Part shown: positions 47,261 through 57,089 of the stretch, piece after piece
Position numbering within the stretch: position 1 is the stretch's first letter
Layout of the letters: each line of letters starts with the position of its first letter
Source of the DNA: an uncultured Thermoanaerobaculia bacterium
GTDB lineage: Bacteria > Acidobacteriota > Thermoanaerobaculia > Multivoradales > Multivoraceae
Length of the DNA stretch: 64,000 nt
Reading direction: 5' to 3'
Assembly: GCA_951812325.1 (NCBI GenBank)
Contig: OX638294.1
Location: forward strand, 3,198,859 to 3,262,858
The notes under the pieces: generated by a model
The model's database searches: none
What the model was told of the DNA's origin: nothing
What the model saw: the letters and a program-made list of their open reading frames with translations, nothing else
Translations under genes and position numbers: made by a program

Positions 47261-49069
47261 GTGCTCTCTGATACCGTCTCCGCTGCGATGAGCCGGTTCG
47301 CGACCATTGCCTCGCGCCCGCTCGTTCGGCGCCTGATCGCGGGTTGTCCGGCGCCCGCCGTTCTGCTCGGAGTCGCCTGCGCGGGCGCGGAACCGGCGCC
47401 CGAAACCGGGAGCTCCGGGGTCTGGAGTCTGGACGGCAGGGCGCCGACGGCGGAAGGTCGGCACGGGATGGTCTCGAGCGGCCATGGCCTGGCGTCGGAG
47501 GCCGGCGCGCGCGTCCTGGATCAGGGCGGCAACGCGGTCGACGCCGCGGTGGCGGTTGGCTTCGCCCTGGCGGCCGTTCTTCCCGCGGCGGGCAACATCG
47601 GCGGCGGCGGTTTCCTCGTCTACCGGTCGACGGAAGGCGACGTGAGGGCGCTGGACTACCGCGAGAAGGCGCCGGGCGCGGCCACTCGCGACATGTTCCT
47701 CGACGACGAGGGCAAGGTCACCGAGAGCGCCGTGATCGGCCACCTTGCGGCCGGCGTTCCCGGGTCCGTGGCCGGGCTGTGGGAGATGCACCGACAGGTC
47801 GGCTCGCTGCCCTGGGCCGACCTGGTCGCGCCGGCGATCGAGTTGGCGCGGCGCCACGCAGTCGACGAGGTGCGGTCGCAGAGCCTCGCCTCGGCGGCTG
47901 ATCGCCTCAACCGGTTCCCGGCCAGCGCGCAACAGTTCCTCGTTGATGGCGAGGCGCCGGCGCCCGGAGCGCTCCTGGAGCAGCCGGACCTGGCGGCCAC
48001 CCTGACGGCGATCGCCGAGCAGGGGCCGGACGGGTTCTACCAGGGCCCGGTTGCCGCTCTGATCGTCGCCGAAATGGAGAGGGGCGGAGGCCTGATCTCC
48101 CACCGGGACCTGCTGGACTACGCGCCCGTCTGGCGGGCGCCGGTCGAGGTCGGGTACCGCGGCCACACGATCCACTCGATGCCGCCGGTTTCTTCGGGCG
48201 GCCTGACCCTGGGCCTGATCCTGAACGTGCTGGAAGGCTGGGACCCGCTGCCGCCGTTCGGCAGCGCCGAGTTGATCCACCTGGAGGCGGAGACGATGCG
48301 TCTGGCGTTCCGCGACCGGAACACCCTGCTCGGGGATCCCGACTTCGTCGACGTGCCGCGGGCGCGGTTCGAATCCCGGGACTACGCGGAGGAGCTGCGC
48401 GCGCGGATCGATCCGGACCGGGCCCGGCCGTTGCCGCCGGTCGAGGTCGCCCCGCCGCAGGAGAGCACCGAGACGACCCACTACTCCGTCGTCGACCGCT
48501 GGGGGAACGCGGCCTCGGTGACGACCACGATCAACAGCGGATACGGCAACGCGGTCACGGTCACGGGGGCCGGGTTCCTGCTCAACAACGAGATGGACGA
48601 CTTTGCCGCTTCGCCGGGCCAGCCGAACCAGTTCGGCCTGGTCGAGGGCGAGAACAACGCGATCGTCCCCGGCAAACGGATGCTGTCATCGATGACGCCG
48701 AGCATCGTGGTCGACCCGGAAGGCGACCTGATGATGGTCGTCGGTACGCCGGGAGGCCCGACGATCATCACCACCGTCTACCACGTGATCTCGAACGTGA
48801 TCGACCACGGCATGACCCTTCAGCAGGCGGTCGAGAGCCCGCGCGTGCATCATCAGGCGTGGCCCGACCGCATCTTCCACGAGGAGGGCGGCCTCTCCGC
48901 CGAAGCACTCGACGGTCTGGCCGCGCGCGGCCACGAGCTGTTCGAGCGCGGTTTGAGCGGCGACGTGTCGGCGATCCGGGTGCGGGACGAGCGGCTCGTC
49001 GGCGTCGCGGATCCGCGACGGGGAGGCGGCGTGAGCGCAGCGCGGGGAGACACGCCCGCAGGCGGGTAG
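47261..49069 (+). CDS. ggt: Gamma-glutamyltranspeptidase
   Basis: GNIGGGGFLVYR; catalytic Thr motif TTHYSVVDRWGNAASVTTTINSGYG; GGPTIITTV. Start is GTG 47261 or ATG 47288. Confidence 0.9.
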   Translation: MLSDTVSAAMSRFATIASRPLVRRLIAGCPAPAVLLGVACAGAEPAPETGSSGVWSLDGRAPTAEGRHGMVSSGHGLASEAGARVLDQGGNAVDAAVAVGFALAAVLPAAGNIGGGGFLVYRSTEGDVRALDYREKAPGAATRDMFLDDEGKVTESAVIGHLAAGVPGSVAGLWEMHRQVGSLPWADLVAPAIELARRHAVDEVRSQSLASAADRLNRFPASAQQFLVDGEAPAPGALLEQPDLAATLTAIAEQGPDGFYQGPVAALIVAEMERGGGLISHRDLLDYAPVWRAPVEVGYRGHTIHSMPPVSSGGLTLGLILNVLEGWDPLPPFGSAELIHLEAETMRLAFRDRNTLLGDPDFVDVPRARFESRDYAEELRARIDPDRARPLPPVEVAPPQESTETTHYSVVDRWGNAASVTTTINSGYGNAVTVTGAGFLLNNEMDDFAASPGQPNQFGLVEGENNAIVPGKRMLSSMTPSIVVDPEGDLMMVVGTPGGPTIITTVYHVISNVIDHGMTLQQAVESPRVHHQAWPDRIFHEEGGLSAEALDGLAARGHELFERGLSGDVSAIRVRDERLVGVADPRRGGGVSAARGDTPAGG

Positions 49070-49079
49070 CGGGCCGCGC

Positions 49080-50312
49080 ATGAACGGCCGGCGCATCTTC
49101 GCCGCGGTGACGGTCGGTCACCTCGGGATCGACATCTTCAACAGCATGGGGCCCGTGCTGTTGGCCTTCCTCAAGGAGCCGCTCGGCCTGAGCGCGGCGC
49201 AGATCGGGCTTGCGGTGGGACTCTTCCAGGTGCTGGCCGGCGCCACGCAGCCGGCATTCGGCTGGTTGGTCGACCGGGTCGGCAGCCGCATTCTCGGACC
49301 GTTCAGCGTCGCCTTCAACTTGGGGTGCGTGGCGCTGGCGGTCGCTCTGGCCGCCGCGACGGGGAGTTTCGGCCTGTTTCTCATCCCGTTCGCCCTGGCG
49401 GCGGTTGCTTCCGGCGCCTTCCACCCCCTGGGCGTGATGCACTCGAGTACGGTGAACCCGGCGCGCTCGTCGACGTTCACGGCCATCTTCTTCTTCTGCG
49501 GCCAGGTCGGGCTCACGACCGGGCCGTATCTGGCGGGGCTGGCGCTCGACCGGGCGGGGCTGACCGGGATCTACTGGCTCGTGCTGGTCGTGGCGCCCGC
49601 GCCCCTGTTCATGGCCTTCGCGATGGGGCCGCGGCGATTCCACCGGGCGCCGCAGGCGCCTCAGCCGGGGGAGACGAGGGAGGTTGCCGCGTCAGGGTCG
49701 GGCGGCGGCCCGGCTTCGGCTTCCGAAGCTCCCGGCCGGCGGCCTCGCGTGCGGCCCTGGCTGATGGCTCTCCTGGCTCTGGTGTTCGCCAGCCGGTCCT
49801 GGGCTGTGTTCGGGACGCTCGCGTTTCTTCCCCTGCTGCTCGCGGAGCAGGGCTACAGTTCCAAGTTGCAGGGGCTCGCCAGCGGCATGTTCCTGCTGGG
49901 CGGCGCGGTGGCGGCCGTTCTGGCCGGGGAATGGGCTGAGCGTTGGGGGCGGCGTCCGGTTGTCTTCCTGACCACGTCGCTCGGCGCCCTGCTCCTCGTC
50001 TTCCTGCCGGGCTCCGGGAGCTCGACCTTTGCGCTGGCCCTGCCCTGCGGAGCACTGCTGGGAGCGTCGCACTCGATTCTCATCGTCATGGCCCAGTCGC
50101 TGCTGCCCTGGCGGCGGGGTCTGGCCTCGGGAACGTCGCTGGGCTTCCTGTTCGCGACCGGCGGCACCGCCACCTGGGCGATCGGGGGACTCGCCGACCG
50201 CTTCGAACTGGCCTCGGTGCTTCAGGCCGGCGCCGTCGTCGGCCTGTTGTCCGCAGTGGCCTCGCTTCTCCTGCCGAAGCAGGAGCAGGCCCCGGTCGCT
50301 GCCGCGCCTGCC
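49080..50312 (+). CDS. MFS transporter (N-terminal portion of an in-frame fusion ORF)
   Basis: MFS motif A GWLVDRVGSR, 12 predicted TM helices. There is no in-frame stop before the downstream outer-membrane-protein sequence, so the boundary at about 50312 is inferred. Confidence 0.6.
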
Positions 50313-53054
50313 GTGGCGACGGTCCTGGTGGCGGTGGTCGGCCTGGCCCTGTGTTCCCCGGGCGCCGCCACGGCCGGCCTGAACGGCGAGATCAACGGCC
50401 AGGTGCGCGACGAGGCCACCGGAGAGCCTCTGCGCGGCGCGGAGATCAGGATCACCGGGGCGCAGTTGTACGACCCGAGGATCGTGCACGTCGCCGCCGG
50501 CGGCAGCTACCGGGCGGCGGGATTGCCTCCCGGCAGCTACAGCGTGGAGGCGAGCGTGCAGGGGTTTGCGACCTCCGCGGCGGAGAACCTGATCCTGGTG
50601 ACGGGCGGTGTGCTGAGAGTCGACTTCGATCTTCGCGCCGGCGGCGCCACGAGTCTCGACCTCGTCTCGTCGCCCCTGCTCGACGTGGTCACCGGCAGTG
50701 ACGGCAACGTGCTGGCCGGAGACGACCTGCGGGAACTGCCCGGCTCGACCGCGGCCGAGAGCCTGGACCTCGCCACAGGCCTGGACGCGGTTGCCGGCGG
50801 TCTGTCGGTCAGCGGCTGGTCTCCCGGACTCGCCAGCTATCGGATCGACGGACAGGAAACGGCCATCGCTGCCCGCGAAGCGACCGCGGTGGACCTTCAT
50901 TGGGTCGATCAGGTACGCGTGCGGACGATGGACTTCTCGGCGGCGCTGGCCGGCCCGCACATCGACCTGATCACGCGGACTGGCGACACGGCCTGGCGTG
51001 TGAACGGGGGGCTGTCGGCCGTGGAGCCGTTGGACCGGGCCAAGAGACCGGCTCTGCGCCAGCAGGCGGGTGAGCAGGCTTCCTTCGGCGGCGCCGACAG
51101 CAGGAGGATTTCCGGCGAAGAGGCCTACGTCTTCGTTGGCGGTCCTCTCCGCGACGAGCGCGCGCGCGCTTTCGGCGGCCACTCGACGGGCCGGGCCAGC
51201 GGCGTCTTCGATCTGTTCCTGGCGGGCGCGCCATCGACCTGGCGGGAGACGACGGAAGTGGCGGTCGGCAAGCTGGACTGGTGGGCCGGGTCGGCCAGCA
51301 ACCTGAGCCTGAAGCATCACGAGGGAGTCTCGGAACTGGAAGGCCGTCGGCCCGCCCTGCTGGTGCTTCCCGACGGCAATGGTGCGGAGAGAAGACGTTC
51401 CAGTCACCAGACGACGAGCCTGAACGTCGAGTGGGGAATCACGGATCGGCTGTGGCTCCGGCTCTTCGGCGGCCGTTCCGACCTTCGCGATCGCGCCGAT
51501 CCCTGGCAGGACACGGGCGCCTACTTCCTGGCGTCCGCCCCGGGTCTCGTCGCCGGCTCGCTGCACCCGCGGACCGCGGGGCCGCTGCGGCGGTTGGCGG
51601 CGCGCCGGAACTGGGCCGTGGAACCGTCGTTCTTCCTGTTCGATCACACACTGGACGTCGGCATTCAGAGTGCCCGCGGTGAGTTGCAGCTGGTTCGCTC
51701 CGAACATCCGGGACAGGAGTTGCGGCTTCCCGGCGGCCCCCTGCCGGAGTGGCGCGGCGAGCCCCTCGGAGTTGGCGGTTTGCGGCAGGAGAAGCGGGCG
51801 CTCTACGTCCAGGACGTCTGGCGTCTGGCGGGAGTCTTCGACAGACGCCTGACCCTGCATCTGGGAGTGCGTGCCGAGGAGGAGACGACCGGCCCGCTCG
51901 AACTCGGCTTCGGCGATCGCACCGAACCCCGGATGGGCTTCGTCTGGGACGTGACCGGACGCGGAAAGTGGAAGGTCTACGGAGGCGCGGCCTGGTGGCA
52001 TGTGGACGCCTTCCGGCCCGTGGCCGGTTTGGCGGGTATTGACGGACTGGCCGCTCTGCAGACGGCGGGATACTCCGGCACGTCCCTGATCTTCGAGCAT
52101 GCCGCCGTTGATCCCGACCTGCGTCCCGGGCTGTCGCGGGAGGTCCAGTTGGGAACGAGATACCAGTTCCTGCCGGACGTGGTGATCTCCGCCCGTCTCG
52201 CCCGCCGCCGGCTTCGCGACGGGATACGGCTGGTTCCGGTGAACGGCGGCGGCGTGATCGTGCCGACGCTCCTGACGCCGGGCGTGGGCGCCGGTGTCGA
52301 TCCCTGGGGAGGGACAGGCCGCGATCTGCCGCGGTTGCAACAGGACTGGTGGGGCGCCGAACTCAACGCGAACGTCGGTTTCAGCCCGGCCTGGCGCGTC
52401 CACTTCAACTATCTGCGGAGCCGGCTGACCGGCAACCACGAGGTCGGCGGCCTGGCGCTTCAGGCCTTCAGTGGAACCGACGTTCATCCAGCGGCGGCGG
52501 CGTTGGACCTCTGTTCATCGCCGGTAGCCTGTGACGTCTTCGACGTGACCGACGAGAGCAGGCGCCTCGATGTGGACCGCGAGCACCAACTCGCCGGCTG
52601 GTTCGTGCTGTCTCCCGGCGACCGGCTGATGATGGCCCTCGTCTACCGGTTCCGCACCGGCGGGTCGTACGTGCCGCGGACCATGGCGGTACGGGTCGAC
52701 GAGGAGAACCGGATTCTCAGCAGCGGACTGGCGCCGTTGTCTCCCGGTGCGGAGACGCCGGTCAGGAGTTCGGATCTGAAGCGGGCGGACCTGGCGCTGA
52801 CTCTCCGCATCCCGCTGCGCTCCGTGCATCGGCGGCTGGCCTTCTTCGCCGAGGCGCTGAACGTCTTCGACCAGGACGCCGCAACCGATCTCTGGCCGCT
52901 CGCCTACTTCGATCCGGTGCTGATCGGTCCGGGGGCGGGCAACGTCGCCGACGCCGTCGCCGAACAGCAGCCGAGGCCGGACGGCCGCGAAGGCTTCGCG
53001 GCCGCGTTCCAGGACAGCCGCCGGGTGCGGGCCGGGTTGCGGCTGCAGTTCTGA
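50313..53054 (+). CDS. TonB-dependent-receptor-like outer-membrane protein with carboxypeptidase-regulatory-like N-terminal domain (C-terminal portion of fusion ORF)
   Basis: Signal-like VATVLVAVVGLALCSPGAATA, then CarbopepD_reg-like GQVRDEATGEPLRGAEIRITG...GSYSVEASVQGF, then a long beta-barrel ending ...RAGLRLQF. Internal GTG start is hypothetical. Confidence 0.5.
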   Translation: MATVLVAVVGLALCSPGAATAGLNGEINGQVRDEATGEPLRGAEIRITGAQLYDPRIVHVAAGGSYRAAGLPPGSYSVEASVQGFATSAAENLILVTGGVLRVDFDLRAGGATSLDLVSSPLLDVVTGSDGNVLAGDDLRELPGSTAAESLDLATGLDAVAGGLSVSGWSPGLASYRIDGQETAIAAREATAVDLHWVDQVRVRTMDFSAALAGPHIDLITRTGDTAWRVNGGLSAVEPLDRAKRPALRQQAGEQASFGGADSRRISGEEAYVFVGGPLRDERARAFGGHSTGRASGVFDLFLAGAPSTWRETTEVAVGKLDWWAGSASNLSLKHHEGVSELEGRRPALLVLPDGNGAERRRSSHQTTSLNVEWGITDRLWLRLFGGRSDLRDRADPWQDTGAYFLASAPGLVAGSLHPRTAGPLRRLAARRNWAVEPSFFLFDHTLDVGIQSARGELQLVRSEHPGQELRLPGGPLPEWRGEPLGVGGLRQEKRALYVQDVWRLAGVFDRRLTLHLGVRAEEETTGPLELGFGDRTEPRMGFVWDVTGRGKWKVYGGAAWWHVDAFRPVAGLAGIDGLAALQTAGYSGTSLIFEHAAVDPDLRPGLSREVQLGTRYQFLPDVVISARLARRRLRDGIRLVPVNGGGVIVPTLLTPGVGAGVDPWGGTGRDLPRLQQDWWGAELNANVGFSPAWRVHFNYLRSRLTGNHEVGGLALQAFSGTDVHPAAAALDLCSSPVACDVFDVTDESRRLDVDREHQLAGWFVLSPGDRLMMALVYRFRTGGSYVPRTMAVRVDEENRILSSGLAPLSPGAETPVRSSDLKRADLALTLRIPLRSVHRRLAFFAEALNVFDQDAATDLWPLAYFDPVLIGPGAGNVADAVAEQQPRPDGREGFAAAFQDSRRVRAGLRLQF

Positions 53055-53160
53055 CCGGCTCGGAACGGTTCCGACGGTCGGCTGGCGCCGGAACAGACCA
53101 ACGACCGCCCCGGCCTCGGCCGAGGCTTCTCCTTCGAGACCGCTCCGGGCGCCGCAGTAC

Positions 53161-53547
53161 TTACCACGCGATCCGCACCGGATACCGGGAAACCAGCCTG
53201 TCCGGTGTGACCAGCGTCATCCCGTGCTCGATTGCCTGGCAGATCAGGAGGCGGTCGAACGGATCGCCGTGCACGGGCGGCAGCCGCGGTAGCTGCAGGG
53301 CGCTGGCCTCGTCGACCGGCAGGGAACTGAAGCCGTACCACTCTCGCCGTGTGGGAACGAAGACGTCTGGCTGTGCCGGCAACTCGAGTTTGCCGAGCCC
53401 GTGCTTGACGGCCAACTCCCAGGCCGTGACCGCGCTCACGTAGACGTCGTTCGCGGGGTCCGCGACGAGCTTTCGGACTTCCCCGGAGACTCTGGCGGAG
53501 CCTTGGCTCCACCAAAGGAACACGCAGGTGTCGAGCAGCAGCTTCAC
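53161..53547 (-). CDS. vapC: PIN-domain toxin VapC
   Basis: 128 aa. MKLLLDTCVFLWW... with the PIN acidic residues. 4-nt overlap with the upstream antitoxin. Confidence 0.8.
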   Translation of the reverse strand: MKLLLDTCVFLWWSQGSARVSGEVRKLVADPANDVYVSAVTAWELAVKHGLGKLELPAQPDVFVPTRREWYGFSSLPVDEASALQLPRLPPVHGDPFDRLLICQAIEHGMTLVTPDRLVSRYPVRIAW

Positions 53548-53810
53548 TCTTCGGGAAGTATCGGCCCGTTCTCGAACGCGTCGATGAACTCGTCGGGCAG
53601 GGGGTCGAAGAAGGAGTCGGGGACCTCGAACTTGCCTCGATCCAGTCCGAACGGGCGAGGTTTCTTCCGGGCCGCCGGCACAGGACGAATCTCGGCGACC
53701 GGCTCGTTCCGGCGGCAGAGGAGGATCGTCTCCCCTGACTCCACCCGCGCGATGTAGCGGGAGAGATGCGTCTTGGCCTCGTGCATGTTGAGTCGGATCA
53801 TGATCGACAA
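53544..53810 (-). CDS. Phd/YefM-family antitoxin
   Basis: 88 aa. MIRLNMHEAKTHLSRYIARVESGETILLCRRNEPVAEIRPV is typical of Phd/YefM. The real start may be Met4 (53801). Confidence 0.75.
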   Translation of the reverse strand: MSIMIRLNMHEAKTHLSRYIARVESGETILLCRRNEPVAEIRPVPAARKKPRPFGLDRGKFEVPDSFFDPLPDEFIDAFENGPILPEE

Positions 53811-53907
53811 GTTAGTTCAGTTGTGGACTCGATGTCAACCGCGAAGCGAGGCCTGCAGCGGCTTGGTGCGCAACCGGGAGCCGGCAGCGGCGCGCCGTGC
53901 GCCCGCC

Positions 53908-54171
53908 GGTTACACCAGTTCGCTCAGCCGATGCAGCGCCGCCAGCAGGTCGGGCTGCTCGGTGAGCACGCCGCGTAGCGGGTCGGTCTTGCGCCGGTTA
54001 CACCAGTTCGCTCAGCCGATGCAGCGCCGCCAGCAGGTCGGGCTGCTCCGTGAGCACGCCGCGTAGCGGGTCGGTCTTGCGCCGGTTACACCAGCTCGCT
54101 CAGCCGCCTTAGCGCGGCCAGCAGGTCGGGTTGCTCGGTGAGCACGCCGCGTAGCGGGTCGGTCTTGAGCT
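53908..54171. repeat. 88-bp tandem repeat x3; third copy is the authentic 3' end of ligD, including its stop codon
   Basis: Units begin at 53908, 53996 and 54084 with ggttacaccag(t/c)tcgctcagcc...gtgagcacgccgcgtagcgggtcggtcttg. Each copy carries the TAA (minus strand) and about 28 C-terminal codons. Confidence 0.85.
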
Positions 54172-56833
54172 GCTTGAGCCGTTCGGGCAGCGACCGGATG
54201 GTGTGGTCGCGCAGGTCGAGGCCGGGCTTGACCTCGGACCAGCGCAGCGGCGTCGAGACCGGGGCCGCCGGGAGCGGTCTGACGCTGAAGGGGGCGACGA
54301 GCAGCCGTCCGCGGCCGTTCTGGACGAAGTCGATGTAGACCTTGCCGCCGCGGCGTTCGGGGTTGCGGGTGATCGTGGCGATGTCGGGCAACTGGCGGCA
54401 GATGATCCGGGCGATCAGTTGGCCGAGGCCGCGGGACTGCTCGAAGGTGCAGGCGCCGCCGAGCGGCAGAAGAACGTGCAGACCGCTCGAGCCGCTGGTC
54501 TTGACGAAGCTGGGCAGCTTGATCTTCCGGCACAGGCGGCGGATGGCCAGGGCGATCTCGATCACGTCCCCGAAGGGTGCGTCCTTCGGGTCGAGATCGA
54601 GGATGCACCAGTCGGGCTGGCCGAGCTGGTGCACCCGGCTCGACCAGACGTGGAGGACGATCGCGCCCAGGTTGGCGATGTAGACCAGGCTTTCACGGTC
54701 CCGACAGACGAAGTACTCGACTTCCTTGCCGGTGCGGGGGCTCACCAGCTTCACGGTTTGCAGCCAGTCCGGCGCGAAGTCGGGCGCGTTCTTCTGGAAG
54801 AAGGACTTGCCTTCGATCCCGTCGGGATAGCGGGTCATGACCAGCGGCCGGTCGGTCAGGTAGGGCTGCATCGCGTCGGCAATCCCGGCGTAGAAGTCGA
54901 TCAGGTCACCCTTCGTGTAGCCCTCGGCCGGCCAGAACACCTTGGACCTGTTCGTCACGTCGACGCGCCGTTCGGGCGGCGGCGGCGGGGCGGCGCCGGG
55001 GGCCCGCGGCCCGGCGCGGCGTACGCAGTCCTCGACCGGCTTGTCGTCGCGCAAGCGGAGGAAGACAGGGTGCCGGAGCACGCCGTGGGGGGTCCATTCC
55101 TTGTAGCGGACCTCGCAGATCAGCTCCGAACGGGGCTCGATCCAGGTCTGCTCTTCGACCCGGCCGCCGATCAGGTCGTTGTCGGCCAGCGGCCTGTCGA
55201 CGGGATCGTCGGCGTCTGCGCCGTTGCCCGCGCGGCCGCCGGCGTCTGCGCCGTTGCCCGCGCGGCCGCCGCCGTCGGCGCCGACGGGGGCCCGGCATGG
55301 CGGACGGTCGCGCTGGTTGGCCGACAGTCGATCCGCCAGCTCCGCGAGGATCGCGTCGCTGAACCCGGCGCCGACGCGTCCGGCATAGACGAGGCCGCCG
55401 GCTTTGCCTTCGCCGGCTTTGCCTCCGCCGGCTTTGCCTCCGCTGGCTTCGGCGCCGCTGGCGCCGGCTTTGCCTCCGCTGGCGGCCGCCGTGCCGCTGG
55501 CCTCCGCATCCCAGACCGCCAGGTGGAGCGAGCCGAAACCGACCCGGCTGCCCTTGGGCGGCGACATGCCGACGATGGCGAAGTCGGCGGTCCGTTCGGT
55601 GCGCAGCTTGACCCACGACGACGACCGGCGGCCAACGTAGCGGGAGTCGCCGTCCTTGGCCATCGCGCCTTCAAGGCCCATCGCCGCCACCTGCTCGAAG
55701 AACGCCTCGCCCTGCTCCTCGATGTGGTCCGAGTAGCGGAGCGGCCCGGCCGGGGGCAGAACCTTCGCCAGCAGGGCCTTTCGCTCCAGCAGGGCCAGCG
55801 ACCGCAGGTCCGATCCCTCGAAGGCGACGAGATCGAAGGCGAACAAGGTCGCGGGCCGGCGCACGGCGGCCTGTTCGATGTCGACCGGTCGGCTGAGCAG
55901 GGCGCGCGTCTGCAGCCTGGCGAAGCTGGGCCTGCCGCCGGCGTCGAGGACGGTGACCTCGCCGTCCAGGACCAGGGACTGCACCGGCAGGGCGCGCAGG
56001 GCGCGGACCAGTTCGGGGTAGAGCGCGGTCACGTTGCCGCCGTTCCGGTAGCGCAGGAAGACGTTGCCGCCTTCCCTGGCCGCCACCAGCCGGTAGCCGT
56101 CGTACTTCAGTTCGTAGATCCAGCCCGGCCGGGAGAACGGCCGGTCACCGGCGACCGCGAGCATCAGTTGCAGCGAGCGCGGGTCGACGTCTTGCCGTCG
56201 CGCGCCGGATTCGGCGACCTCGGCACGCACCTCCTCGATCCGCTCGCAGCCGTCCCGGAGTTCCTCGACGGTCAGGCCCGAGAGCACGGACTCCGGCGGC
56301 AGGTCGTCCGCGCCGCCCTCGCTCTCCGGGCGGGCAGCCGCGTCGGGTTTCTTCATCAGCAGCCACTGGTTGCCGCCGTCCGTCTGGCGCCGGCCGCCCG
56401 TGCGAAACAGGGTCCAGACGCCGCGCAGCTTGTAGCCGTGGAGTTCGAAGAGGAGCTTGCCGTTCTCCAACCCGGCGACCGGGTCCTCAAGCGGCCTCCA
56501 GCGGCCGCTGTCCCAGACGATCATCGCCCCGGCGCCGTAGTTGCCGGCGGGGATCGATCCCTCGAAATCGGCGTACTCCAGCGGGTGGTCCTCGGTGGCC
56601 ACCGCCAGGCGTTTGACCTCGGGGTCGAGGCTGGGACCGCGGGGCACGGCCCACGACTTGAGAGTGCCTTCGAGTTCCAGGCGCAGGTCGTAGTGAACGC
56701 GGCGTGCCGCGTGCTTCTGGACGACGAAGCGGCCGGCGCCCGTTCCCGTCGCGGGACCGAAGGGTTCGGGCGTCGCTTCGCTCGATCGCTTGCGGCGGTA
56801 GGCCTCGAGATTGCCGCTCGGCATCCGCGGCAT
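54086..56833 (-). CDS. ligD: Multifunctional NHEJ ligase LigD (phosphoesterase - ATP-dependent ligase - polymerase domains)
   Basis: 915 aa. N-terminal PE domain (VQKHAARRVHYDLRLE), ligase KxDG motif ELKYDGYRLVA, C-terminal Pol domain (SGSSGLHVLLPL). The low-complexity (GKAG)n / (GGRAGNGADA)2 linker is encoded by DNA repeats. Confidence 0.9.
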   Translation of the reverse strand: MPRMPSGNLEAYRRKRSSEATPEPFGPATGTGAGRFVVQKHAARRVHYDLRLELEGTLKSWAVPRGPSLDPEVKRLAVATEDHPLEYADFEGSIPAGNYGAGAMIVWDSGRWRPLEDPVAGLENGKLLFELHGYKLRGVWTLFRTGGRRQTDGGNQWLLMKKPDAAARPESEGGADDLPPESVLSGLTVEELRDGCERIEEVRAEVAESGARRQDVDPRSLQLMLAVAGDRPFSRPGWIYELKYDGYRLVAAREGGNVFLRYRNGGNVTALYPELVRALRALPVQSLVLDGEVTVLDAGGRPSFARLQTRALLSRPVDIEQAAVRRPATLFAFDLVAFEGSDLRSLALLERKALLAKVLPPAGPLRYSDHIEEQGEAFFEQVAAMGLEGAMAKDGDSRYVGRRSSSWVKLRTERTADFAIVGMSPPKGSRVGFGSLHLAVWDAEASGTAAASGGKAGASGAEASGGKAGGGKAGEGKAGGLVYAGRVGAGFSDAILAELADRLSANQRDRPPCRAPVGADGGGRAGNGADAGGRAGNGADADDPVDRPLADNDLIGGRVEEQTWIEPRSELICEVRYKEWTPHGVLRHPVFLRLRDDKPVEDCVRRAGPRAPGAAPPPPPERRVDVTNRSKVFWPAEGYTKGDLIDFYAGIADAMQPYLTDRPLVMTRYPDGIEGKSFFQKNAPDFAPDWLQTVKLVSPRTGKEVEYFVCRDRESLVYIANLGAIVLHVWSSRVHQLGQPDWCILDLDPKDAPFGDVIEIALAIRRLCRKIKLPSFVKTSGSSGLHVLLPLGGACTFEQSRGLGQLIARIICRQLPDIATITRNPERRGGKVYIDFVQNGRGRLLVAPFSVRPLPAAPVSTPLRWSEVKPGLDLRDHTIRSLPERLKQLKTDPLRGVLTEQPDLLAALRRLSELV
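55211..55270. repeat. Perfect 30-bp tandem duplication inside ligD encoding (GGRAGNGADA)x2
   Basis: ggcgtctgcgccgttgcccgcgcggccgcc twice. An adjacent GCCGGCTTTGCC(T/C)CCGC repeats encode the (GKAG)n linker. Confidence 0.8.
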
Positions 56834-57089
56834 TCTCCCAGAACCCCGTTTCGCAGGGCCTGGCGCCGGTCGACCGGGTGCGCCGGCGTGCCATCCGTGC
56901 GCCCGACGACGGGCGCACGGACTGGTTCACGTGTGGCGCGGCTTCCCGCCGCGCGGGTCCCCCGCCGGCTGCCGCCGCAGGCGGCCAGAAGAGCGCGCCG
57001 GCCGCAAGGCCGGCGCCGCTTTGGCGGCCGGCTCGAGGAAGCGGCTCGAGGTCCCGCCGAACCGCTTTCGGTGCTATGATTCGCCGTCT

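Noticed and set aside
49692-52487. 931-aa ORF (-) antisense to the MFS / TonB-dependent-receptor fusion
   Set aside because: Shadow ORF; no motifs.
53766-54066. Small (+) ORFs 53766..53978 and 53773..54066
   Set aside because: They lie within the 88-bp tandem copies of the ligD 3' end and their similarity to each other reflects the DNA repeat.
53908-54171. Possibility that the tandem arrays (here and at 61851 and 62731) are CRISPR arrays or integron attC sites
   Set aside because: Units are contiguous with no unique spacers, 70-88 bp long, non-palindromic, and correspond to duplicated gene termini.
54203-57079. 958-aa ORF (+) antisense to ligD
   Set aside because: ligD homology on the minus strand is unambiguous. 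The plus ORF is Ala/Arg/Gly-rich.
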